NCBI GenBank assembly: GCA_965153455.1
Contig: OZ234493.1
Span: 13,692,213-13,756,212 of the forward strand
Origin: Sphagnum compactum
Lineage: Eukaryota
Direction of reading: 5' to 3'
DNA: 64,000 nt
The notes beneath the pieces were generated by a model. That model saw nothing but the letters and a program-made list of their open reading frames with translations, had not been told where the DNA came from and did no database searches. How positions within the stretch are numbered: the stretch's first letter is position 1; each line of letters starts with the position of its first letter. A program made the translations under genes and the position numbers. Below, piece by piece: positions 12,291 to 23,060 of the stretch.

Positions 12291-15200
12291 TTTTTGTTGT
12301 TTTCTTGTGTGTTTTATTTTATTTGTGTTTGAAAAGAAGAAGACAACGACAATGTGCCATCATCTTCTTCTATGGTGGTGTTGTAGAAAAGAAGAAGACA
12401 ATGGCAATGTGCCGACGTCTTCTTCTATGGTGGTGTTCCAATGAAGAAGGCAATGGCAACTTGTTGCCATCGCTTTCTTCTTTGGTGGTGTTAAGGTTTA
12501 ATTTGGTGGTTTTTGGGTGTTTATAGGGTTTAAGGCACAACAAAAGAAGAGTTTGTTGCAAATGCAGTTCAGGTTGAAATGCAACATTACCATCTGTACA
12601 TTGCTCGTCATGCAGCAAGGGCTACAAATGCAGTAGCTTCTTACCAAGCTAAACACAAGATTGTAAATAATGATATGGTTTAGGGTTTCCAATTTATATA
12701 GTCAGCTAGGTTTTTTTAGCCCTTTCATTTTTTGGACTACCCAATTTTTGAACTTTGGTCCTTCGATATATTATAAAAAACATTTTTTCATTATGTTCTT
12801 TAGCATTTTTTGATCCACCCATATTTGTACATCTTTTATCAATATAATATTTTCCTCTAGTCACACTTGTTTGATGAGTATATGGTTAATTATATATGTC
12901 TTCTTTTTCATATTCTTCTTTAGTACTTTAGATGTAAGAATCAAAACTTAAATAGGCCCATATGAATATGTAACATTAATTTGTCTAAGGTTTACAAATA
13001 TCAAAATGAACATTGTGCAATACCTACATCCTTTCTATTATAATTTCCATAAGGCCATTTCAAATATGCAATACCCACATGTAAGTTTGTAAATAATTGT
13101 TGGTTTTTTTACATCCATTGCAATACCTGCATATAGTTCTTGTAAATAGTTGCTGGTTTTTTTTACATCCATTGTAATATTCGCATATAAGTCTAGTAGT
13201 TGATTTTTTTAACATCCATTATAGTACCCGCATATAGGTCCATAAATAGTTGTTGATTTTTAACATTTTTTGCCATACTTACATATAAGTTTCCATTGTA
13301 ATATTTATGGGACTCATATGACAAAATAATTTAGTCTAAGTATTAATAAATAATGTCATAATTAAGGAATTACTAAAAATTTATTTTAGATAATGTAAAT
13401 GATTGATTATCATATTTAAACAATCATTTATTTCTTAATCTTAATTAACTGATTATTTGGTTGAACCTTAATGATTCAGATAATTAAAATTTAGATCTAA
13501 AAATCAAATCAATAATTTGATATTTAATTTATTATCTTAATTAGTTTTTTATGTTGATAAGTTATTCAAATCATTATTTTAGACAATTATTCATGATAAT
13601 TAATTATCATAAAATTAACTTAGGTATATAAAGAGACATATTTTGGGTACCCAAACCACTTATTTTGAAGTGACTTTACATGTGGGTATTGCATTTAGGG
13701 TTGATTATTCTCCTAAGGTTGTCTAAATCACCTATGGATTATTTCAAAATGAACTTGCATGCAGGTATTGCATAAAGTTTTGGTTTTCATTGAAAGGCCA
13801 TCAAAACTACATACTAATTATTTCAAAATGACCCTACATGTGGGTACTACATTTAGGGTTGGGTCTATACCTCAGGTTTACCTAAATCACCTAAGGGTTA
13901 TATCGAAATGAACTTGAATATGGGTATTGCATTTAGGGAAACGTAAAAAAAAGGTATATATTTTACCATTTGGTAATATTTCCAAGTTAAGTTCTTTCAC
14001 TTTCTTTAAAAAAATATAAAATGACATTGCATTGTTTTACATATGTTTAAGCCCTAAAAATTCCCGCCCAAAATGCACCCTAGATTTATTTTAATTATTA
14101 TAGACTTGTAAAAAAAATGTTAATTAATTTATATGTTCTAAACTCCAAACCTAAACCATAGTTTTAACATTAAGTAGTAAATTTTCATTAAACCCTAACC
14201 CCTTGTATCATCAATGTGACCAATTTTGCATTATATTCATTTTTATATATGTTAAATCATATTATAAGGTGAATAAATAATTTTGAAAACATGAATTTCA
14301 TGATGTATTGGCGGGGAATCAAATATTTAGAAAATAATTTTATGTTTTATGGTTAATGAATTATCACAATATGATACGAGTATTGCATTTAAACAAAAGT
14401 GGGTTAAGAAATATTGAACTTTAACAACTATGGAACATATGGAAACAAAGGAAATTCATAATTATGTTATAGATATAAATAAGTGATAAAATAAAAAACC
14501 AATATAATGAACAAAGTTTACAATATAAACCTTAAGCCTTGATATATATGAACCAAATTCCTAAACATTAAATCATAAGGCATAACCCTAAAAATCTAAA
14601 TGATATTTTTCCATAAGCCTTATTACAACCCTAATTATACAAACCTTAACAAAAAATATCTTAATGATATATGCCCTAAACCTTAAAAAACTATACAAAG
14701 TATATAAATTATAATGCAAAACAAAAAAATTTAAAAAAACATAGGAAAAAAATTTTAAACCAAATTTTAAAGCTTTTAAACTACAAAGATTTACTAATCG
14801 AAAAAAAACCTTAATCTTAAAAAACAATCAAATAAATTTTGTAAAAAAACAAAAGAAAATATATGTCTCTTACCTTTGTGTGATCTCTCCAAACTAATTT
14901 TTTCCGTTCTCTTTGAAAAGGATATAAAATGAAATTGTATTATTTCACATATGTCTAAACCCTAAAATTTTTGCCTAGTTTAAGTTAATTACTATAAATT
15001 TGTGAAAAAATTGCTAACTAATTTATGTGCCCCAACCTTAAACCTAAACCGTAATCTGATAGTACAACTTATAATAATTACATAAAAAGATGTATTTTAA
15101 TGTCCATTCCATAAATAAATTAGGTAAAAAAATTTAGTAAAATATGAATTAACTAAACCCAAATTGTTGTAATTATGACATTGTTTCCACTATAAATTGT

Positions 15201-15299
15201 TTATAATACTTACATATGGGGACCTATGTTCATCATCCATGAACTAAGGTGAACCTTAATAAATTGATAGGTAGGATTGGGGGGCGGGGGTGGGAAAAG

Positions 15300-15980
15300 T
15301 GAATAGGTAATTAGTTAGGTATTTGGCTATGTAAAAAACATAAGTAGGTAGGTGAACATAGTGGTAGGTAGGAAGGTGGGTGCATAGGTAGGTAAGTAGG
15401 TATATAAGTACGTAGTTGGGTTAGTAGGCAAATTAATAAATAGAAAGGCAGTTCAAAGAACAAGGTAGATAGGTTACTAGAGTAGGTAGGTAAGTAGGTA
15501 TATAGGTAGGTAGTTGGGTTAGTAAGCAAGTTAGTAAGTAGAAAGGAAGTTCAAGGAACAAGGTAGATAGGTTACTAAAGTAGGTAGGCATGTAGGTAAG
15601 CAAAAGTTACTACGTAGGAAAAAAGTTACACTAACAAGGTAGCTAGGTAGATAGGCAAGTTAGTACATAAGAAACAAGTTACCTTATCAAGGTGACTAGG
15701 TTTGTAGAATATTTATGTCAATAGAATGGTTGTGTATATAGGGTTGCTAAATAGTAATGTAGCTAGGTCAATAGGGTAGGTAGTTAGTACAATGATTAGG
15801 TTAGTAGGGTATGTAGTTAACAGGGTAGCTAGGTTAGTAAAATAAATAGTTAGTATAGTAGTTAGGTCAGTAGGATAACTAGTTATTAAGGTAGCTATGT
15901 CATTAGAGGATAATTAGTAAGGTACCAAGGTTGGTACAATATTTATGAGGGTAGGAAGGTGAGCAAGGTAGCTATGTGTG
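15300..15980. repeat. Degenerate (TAGG)n-like low-complexity tract inside the MULE
   Basis: Repeated gtaggtag/gttagtag words, plus an internal duplication (gttcaa..gaacaaggtagataggttacta). Confidence 0.8.
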
Positions 15981-17766
15981 AGGTCAGGTCCAGGAAATAA
16001 CAACAAAGAACAAACCAAAAAAAAAAGTACAATGGTCAGCAACGAAAAGAAATGGACTGTGATGAACTCCATCTGACGCCGAATGAAAAAACGCAGCCCA
16101 TCCAGTGGACAGAACGGCCAACTGGTGCATTGGTGGCTGCTGGTTCACTCTGGCCAGCGGGAAGAGGTGAACCAAACACTCAAAATTTTGTGGGGACTTT
16201 TGTATGTATGTGTGCATTGTTATACTGTTCGACGTTGGCAGGTGTGTTCACGAACTGATTATTAATGTTCGTTTGAGTTGAAGGCATCAGCATTGTCTCT
16301 GAAAGAAAAATGTACATTTGTGTTGATGCTAGCTAGACTGGAGCTAGCAGCTACCCATGTGAGCTCCAGCTAATTTCCCTCAACTACCCTTAACAACCAA
16401 GGGTTTTTGACCCTTAACGACCCATCCATATATGAAGGAAGTTTTGTTTTTTTTGGGGTTATGGTGAGATCTCCCAAACCACAATGCTTTAGGCTGTGTT
16501 CTTGGTATCATTGGAAAGCTTTCATTGAGTATGGGTGCAACATTTTGGAACTTTAGCGCAAAAGTTATTAACTATTCAACCATTTTCTCACTACAAATTG
16601 TATGAGAATTTGAGGTGTTCTTGGTATTCCTGGAACTCCTTGAACGAATCAGATTTAATGGAATTTATTTCATAATTTTCAGGTTTAAGGTGTGGAAGAA
16701 ATTGAGTTTTTAGTGGATTTTGTTATATTGGAAATTCAAAAAATTACAAAAACTTGATTTGGAAGAAAAAATCAGTTGAGTGTGTTCACACTTGTGCCAA
16801 CGGCCCAGGCTACCCTAGTACATATAATAGGTATCAGTGAAGGTGCTAGCTAGTTCAGCCAATGCATAATTGTGTATTCTCATACAGGGTTCTCCAAGTT
16901 GCCAATGCAATATCTCACCAGGTCGTCCGTTTTACAAAATGCCCACCCCATTATTATCTTTTATAATGTACCCTCTACATACACTGTGAAATCTGGAGCA
17001 CTGCTTTATGGGGTATTCAACGTCTCGCTATACCAAGATGCTCATCATCACGGATTTTAGCTCGTACAAAACTTATTAGCATTTGTCTACTAGCCCCATC
17101 CAATGTTATTTTTGTCAGATTTGTAGCCAAAGTGGCAGTGATCCATGGGAAATTTTAGCCAAATTTGGCTGCAAGCTGAATATGAAAGAATTTTTTTACA
17201 ACATCCTTCTACATTTTTTTCTACCTACTTGAATCATGTGTAAAAATATGGCTTTTAAAAAGAAAATGTGGTCGAATTTCTGGCTATTGAAGATGGAAAA
17301 AAGCACTTGATTTTAGCACTTTTACTTTTTAGTATAGGTTTCTGGCTATATTTATAGCCAGCGAAAAAAGGTTGGGCCCCCATCACACTGTGCAGGAGCC
17401 GCAGCACTTTTCCTGACACCCCCGTGAAGTTCGATGGGGGTGTATAACGTCTTCCCTGTTCAGGCCAGCCTGTTTGTTGGATATCTTCCTGGTACTTAAA
17501 GCCTGTGGCATCGCACTTTCAAGCTGTATGCGTAGTGCAGCGTTTTTTTCGTGAAACCCTGGAAGCCTTTTTTTGGTTGCAGAAACGATGATGACTGGAT
17601 TGGTGGAATGGCTCAGCTTGCTTTGAGTACGTGTGGAAACAAATGTGGAACATGAAGGTTTAGATTTCCTGTCTGTTTCAATTTGATTAGCGGCCTGTGT
17701 GAACGGCAGAAACACTCACTCGTTTTTGCAAGCGTTGGACGGGGTCGAGGGGGACAAAAATTCCTG

Positions 17767-18139
17767 GTAAGTTCTAACTTTTCAGACAAAAAATGTCTGA
17801 AAATCGAGCTGTATCATTCATGCAGACTTTTACTTATGATTTTGTTGCAACACAATGTAGCTGGCGATGGGTGTGTATGTCTAGAGCTCTTGTATATTTT
17901 GAATCCCTCCTTGCACTTTAGTGGGCCTCAACTTCACTGAAATTTGGTTTTGTGTCATCAAGAAATGGAATGGAATCTAATAGCGTACCACCTGTTGTTG
18001 GAAATGAAATATCTGAGACATTCCTATTCTAACATTACCACATTTGCACCTTCAAAGAGATTTCCGATCAGTATGGATTTTTGTAGATTTTATAAGGGTT
18101 AGGATTTATAGCCTTTTGATTTGTTTGTGGGTGTTACAG
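17767..18139 (+). other. Putative 5'UTR intron of the HET-domain gene
   Basis: Strong donor ctg|GTAAGT at 17767 and acceptor gtgttaCAG| at 18139, about 160 nt before the ATG. Confidence 0.5.
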
Positions 18140-18301
18140 GTCCAACCAAGGAATGGGACAGAACTCAGAATCAGACAGTACAAGAATAAGGTTGCTGTAA
18201 AATAAGAGAGTGAAATCACCAAAAGGAAACAAAACTCATATCCAACAACCACAACTTGTATTTATTCTGACATCTATCTAGTATACTTGTTATTTTCCAA
18301 C

Positions 18302-20434
18302 ATGGTATCTCCACACGAGCCACCTTTGCCATCTTTGGACAATACCTTCATCTTCAAAGATGCTCCATGGTTGGGTGGAAAGCACGATGGATATCCTTTG
18401 TTATCATTCAAAGACTACATAAGAGCACGTCCCAAGATCTCTACTCTTTCAAGTCGTGAGCGTGCAGCAGAGTTGCAATGTGTGTTGACATTTGGCCTGT
18501 TGGAAGCAGTGATGGAAGTTAAAATCCTTGAAAGCACGCTACTACAACAAGGTGCTGACAACAACTGTAGTATTGGTGGTGACAGGAACAAGGTGTTCAT
18601 GACAAGCAAAAATTTCCCAGCACTGTTGAAGGATTGGCGGAACCGTGTCCTACAACTTGGAAATGGGGAGCCATGTCAGCAGTGGGCAAAACGCATTCAT
18701 ACTACACTCAAGCAGGCACATGGAATGCTCACGATGGATGTGTCATGTAGATTGTTTCAGGATGCAGGGTTGCAGTCGCATGAACTGGTAGATATCCTCT
18801 TCCAAATAGGGTCTATTGCTGAAGCTCTCGTGTCCTCAAGAGCAATTTTTCCACAAAACTTTGTACATCATGGGTTTGGTTCATGGTTGGTTATACTAAA
18901 CACTTGGCCATACATACAACTCAAAACAGACATGGTTGCGAATGGATGGTGTCCATTCACAATTGAGATTTTGTCAGAAAGTGTAAGCATGCTGGGATAC
19001 GCACGCACTTGCAAACATCCCCATATCAGAGAATTACCTGAGGCACATAGGAAATGCACCACACAATCATGTGTGATAAATACGATCGATACTACCAATT
19101 ATGTGCCAAAACATGTCATAGGAACTTGCAATTGCGACAGGTATAAGCCGTCATTAGAGAATATCATTAGTTCCCTGTCAGTTGGTAAGATACCAGTGAT
19201 CCAATGCCCTCTGCCCCATGAGGCGCTACTTTCCAGTGACTCTGTAAGGATGCCTTATGTAGCGATATCCCATGTGTGGGCTGATGGATTAGGGAGCACA
19301 ACTGAGGAAGGACTGCCAGCATGCCAAATCAGGCGGCTTGTGACATTGACCAGGCAGCTGACACAGGATGGGGCATTTTGGATTGATGCACTTTGCATCC
19401 CTGCTGTCAAAGATATGAGGAAACGGGCAATAGGGTTAATGGCCACGACCTACAATGAGGCAGAAGTTGTGCTGGTGATTGATTCCGGCATCCGAGCAAC
19501 TTCAGTTTCCTTACCACGTGAGGAGAAATTGTTACACTTGTTGTCTTCAGGATGGATGCAACGGCTCTGGACTCTCCAAGAAGGGATTTTGGCTCAGAAG
19601 CTTGTTTTCGAGTTTTCAGATGGGTTGGTAGCCTTGGAAGAGCTTTTGCCAATGGGAGAAGAGATGTTTAACCCTGTGCTTGTTGACCTTGCAGCGGAAC
19701 TTTTTCGGCTTAAAAAGCACCAAGTTAGGCCTGGTAGCTTTTACATCAATGATGCAGCATGCGCTCTCCGCTGGCGGACTACAAGCAGAGAAAGCGATGA
19801 GACGCTTGCAATCTCTGGGCTGTTGAACCTTGATGCCTTTGAACTAGCTAACCTTCCACCAGATCAACGCATGCAAACTTTCCTCCTCCGCATCCAAAAC
19901 TTGCACAGGGATATCATCTTCCTATCTGGTGTGAAATTGAACAAGGAAGGGTTTCGTTGGGCACCTAGAACACTAATGCGACATTTACCCACTAGCTTGG
20001 ATTTTGGTGAGTACAAAGCGCTCTGCACATCCACCGGCCTCATGGCAGAATACTATGCTATATATTTCCTTGAGACGGTCATTGATGGCGAACATGAATG
20101 GTGCATTCATGACTTATCTAAACAACGATTTTATAAAGTCATAGATCAATGGTTGGGGCCTGATGCTATGGAAGCTGGATATGCCACTTCTTATTCCTGC
20201 AGTGTTATATTGTTAAAGGAATTGCCAGAGGTGTCAAATATCACATCTTGTGCAGTGGTTCTAGTTCAGGGCCTGGTTCCAAGAGAAGGCTCTGAAGATG
20301 AAGGAGATAGAATGTTGTGTGAGTTCAAGAAACGATTGCTTCTACAAGACATCACCGAAACCCAGTTGAATAGCAGTAGGGCTTTGACAAGAGTGATTGC
20401 AAAGTCTGGGAGGATGAGAGTGAAGATTGTTTGA
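18302..20434 (+). CDS. Fungal-type HET (heterokaryon incompatibility, PF06985-like) domain protein, 710 aa, intronless CDS
   Basis: Uninterrupted ORF from ATG 18302. HET motifs PYVAISHVWADGLG, FWIDALCIP, AIGLMATTYNEAEVVLVID, WMQRLWTLQEG and RWRTTSRESDE. N-terminal LQCVLTFGLLE, GWCPF and HxxCTxxxC...YVPKH...CNC motifs are typical of long fungal HET proteins. Confidence 0.93.
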   Translation: MVSPHEPPLPSLDNTFIFKDAPWLGGKHDGYPLLSFKDYIRARPKISTLSSRERAAELQCVLTFGLLEAVMEVKILESTLLQQGADNNCSIGGDRNKVFMTSKNFPALLKDWRNRVLQLGNGEPCQQWAKRIHTTLKQAHGMLTMDVSCRLFQDAGLQSHELVDILFQIGSIAEALVSSRAIFPQNFVHHGFGSWLVILNTWPYIQLKTDMVANGWCPFTIEILSESVSMLGYARTCKHPHIRELPEAHRKCTTQSCVINTIDTTNYVPKHVIGTCNCDRYKPSLENIISSLSVGKIPVIQCPLPHEALLSSDSVRMPYVAISHVWADGLGSTTEEGLPACQIRRLVTLTRQLTQDGAFWIDALCIPAVKDMRKRAIGLMATTYNEAEVVLVIDSGIRATSVSLPREEKLLHLLSSGWMQRLWTLQEGILAQKLVFEFSDGLVALEELLPMGEEMFNPVLVDLAAELFRLKKHQVRPGSFYINDAACALRWRTTSRESDETLAISGLLNLDAFELANLPPDQRMQTFLLRIQNLHRDIIFLSGVKLNKEGFRWAPRTLMRHLPTSLDFGEYKALCTSTGLMAEYYAIYFLETVIDGEHEWCIHDLSKQRFYKVIDQWLGPDAMEAGYATSYSCSVILLKELPEVSNITSCAVVLVQGLVPREGSEDEGDRMLCEFKKRLLLQDITETQLNSSRALTRVIAKSGRMRVKIV

Positions 20435-20846
20435 AGCATGATCAAAGCAATTTAAGCAATTGTTCAACTTAATATCATATATATATTTATTGTTGTGCAA
20501 CTATGGGTCACCATCTAACTGGCGTGTTCCAAATATACATATATAGATATATGGAAACGATAGGTATGTACTATGACATGACACTTTAGCTATGACTTCT
20601 TGAATTCAATTTTTTTGTGAGAGAAGGAAAGGGGAGTAGATTATCTGTGCCTCTTTGAATAGTTAGTTCTGCTGGTGAGAATTTGTGCATCAGATCACAT
20701 GATTAATGGATCACTTGCGCTGCCAAAGCTACTTTTGGTAATCAGGCCTCTTTTTTAATATGACGCAGCTTTCTCATAAGATTGTTTCGGGTTTTTCTCA
20801 GTGCAATTCACAATCCCCATATGCGGATTGATCTCACACAACTGTG

Positions 20847-21156
20847 AATAGATTCAAGGATTTCATCACAGTATGTCTCATTGCTTTCACAGCCATGTAC
20901 CTTCTTATTGTAGAAAAAAATAGGTCATAGTTTATAGTTGCAAATATTGCATGTTCAGGTCACTAGCAACATGATGAGCATGCATGTTACAGAGCTTCAT
21001 TGCACTTCATGAACAGATTCTAGGATTTCAGCATCAGTATGTCTCATCAGCTTCTTACAGCCATGTACCTTCTTGTTGCTGAAAAAATTTGGCCATAGTT
21101 TCCTATTGCAAATATTGCATGTTCAGGTCACAGCAACATGGTGAGCATGTATGTTA
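20847..21156. repeat. Imperfect tandem duplication, ~165 bp x2, downstream of the HET gene
   Basis: agattc.aggatttca...cagtatgtctcat...acagccatgtaccttctt...ttgcaaatattgcatgttcaggtcac..gcaacatg.tgagcatg.atgtta occurs twice. Confidence 0.9.
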
Positions 21157-21459
21157 TGGATATTCATTGCATTTTGTGCATATGCTAGTTGCCAGATTTC
21201 CTATTTTATTTATTATTCCATGATTGATTATGCTGGTCATATGCCTTGTATGAATTGCAGAGAGGAAGAAATCAATCAGGAGGAAGCAAGGATGAAGCCT
21301 GCCTATGCTTGACAATCGAGTTGCTGTCAACAGCATAGGCCGTCCACACTCAATGAAACTTTGAAAAGTGTTTCAAGGTGTGCATTTTTCTTTCCTCCCT
21401 CCCCCTGTTCAAATTTTGCATTAAACCTTTTTGGTAACCAAGAGTAGACCTTTGATTTT

Positions 21460-23060
21460 AGATGGCAGAGTTTCTGCAGGCATCAACACTCCCATGATCT
21501 TCTCCATTAAGATCTGCTTGGATGGAACAGAACTCATAGGCATCAAAAGAGATGTATGATGCTAGACGGAGTGCACCACAAAATGGAAAGCAATATGCAG
21601 CTCTGCTTCAAAGCTCATGATGCACCTTCAACTCCCTCAAGGCGCACCAACTTCCTCACTTGCAATTGCAAAAGTGAAGACATCAAAGATGAGTGGACAT
21701 GTTTTTATTCACTATTGCTTCTCTTTAAGGACTGTGTAACTCATCAATTTTGAGTACAAAGAAGCCAATAACAATCTCGTGAAGACCCCTAGCAAAGAGC
21801 TAACATTTCCCACCTTGACATCAAGCAACTCATGACCTGTTTTTTTATCTTGGCAGATCTTCCAAGACCAGGCCCTGTCATGAGAGGGACCTAGTAGCTT
21901 TAGCAGATGAATCCTAATTGGTCATCTACTATATTGCAGCCAAACCATGTAAGTTACTGCCAAATCATACTAAATGCTACTTTGACCTACACTGTGCCAC
22001 TACTTAATAAAGTGACAAAATTGGAGGTCAGATAACAGTTCTTTTGTTTGCTTGCTCGTTCTTTTGTTTCTTTTGATACTCTTTCATTTGTAGCAATATA
22101 GAGGCTGGGCATGTGATGTGGTAATATTCTTCTTGCACTAGGGGGAATGCTAGTTGGTTCAAAAAAACCAGAAATTTCTTATTCACTCTTCTTGTTGAGA
22201 TCAGGACCTGCAGGACCACTTTAGACAAACATCAAAGTTGTAAGCCTCTAACAAAATTGTGACCCACAAAGGTTAGAATCATGCAGGTGGTTGAATTGTT
22301 GATTTTCAAGGGGCAAATGTCTCTACAGTGAATAGGTGAAATTTTGAGTCCTGATTCTGTCTCTCTGCTGCTGCTGCTGCTGGGCTAAAATGCCAATTGC
22401 TGAGTTTTTAGAAGAGTTGCATGTATTTAAAGGTTTGTATATGAAGCTGTGAACTGTGGAACAAACCATTTGTGTCAAGATAAGTTCCACTACTGCATTG
22501 AGCCTGCATGAAAGTAATTGGCCTCTATTCTGCCACCTTCCCGATTTCACAACATCCCTCTTGTCTCCTCCACCCTTTGCCTGTTCAACCCACTTACTCT
22601 CCAACTTTTTTTTCACTGCTTAAACTGGGTTTATATACTCACAAGGTTTTTGCAACAATAAACTTATTAGAATTTGAAATGTGAAACACACTACTCTTGC
22701 AGAACAACACCCTGTATGCATGTGTCTTTCCAATACCTCCTTTCTGAGGCTTCTCAGGGTTATAGTGCATAATCATCTTATCCTTGTTAGTATGCATTAA
22801 ACTTGGACATTCTGGATTTACAATTCTGCAGATTGAACTACTGAAATCCCTTGGACCAGTTTCTTTCATTTCCAATACGAGGTATGCCTCTTACAAGTGC
22901 CTGACCCAACAGTGACTGTATGGGAAAAAAGTTGCAGAAGCACATGATTTGCTCCACAATTCCTTGAGGCTTTTTATGTAATTCAATTGGCCTTTTTGGT
23001 ATTCCATAGGTGTCTTCTTCTTTGTGGAGCTGCTGGACCTTCTTGCACTTCATTTGCATC
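21460..23060 (-). pseudogene. Possible degenerate multi-exon gene or TE ORF of unknown family
   Basis: Protein-like minus-strand frames with scattered stops, e.g. after ctgcag| at ~22207 PDLNKKSE*EISGFFEPTSIPPSARRILPHHMPSLYIATNERV..., and MKETGPRDFSSSICRIVNPECP... ending at donor-like GTGAGT. A CT-rich leader-like tract lies at 23190-23230. No family recognised. Confidence 0.3.

Larger units (their letters stand above)
11199..16155. mobile_element. Non-autonomous Mutator-like (MULE) TIR element, 4957 bp
   Basis: 36-bp TIRs at 11199-11234 (ggctggagtgaaccagcagccaccaatgcaccagtt) and 16120-16155 (reverse complement, 2 mismatches). Exact 9-bp TSD AGCGGGAAG at 11190-11198 and 16156-16164. No transposase inside. 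Confidence 0.9.

Noticed and set aside
11368-12526. Many overlapping ORFs up to 241 aa
   Set aside because: They are translations of the poly-T/GA-rich tandem repeat and give low-complexity K/F runs.
8021-20434. Fungal contaminant contig as the explanation for the HET block
   Set aside because: The ORFs are interleaved with repeats found elsewhere in the window (e.g. 10360-10590 with 17130-17370; 16500-16800 with 51700-52170) and sit between spliced plant genes. Long reads are still needed to exclude it formally.
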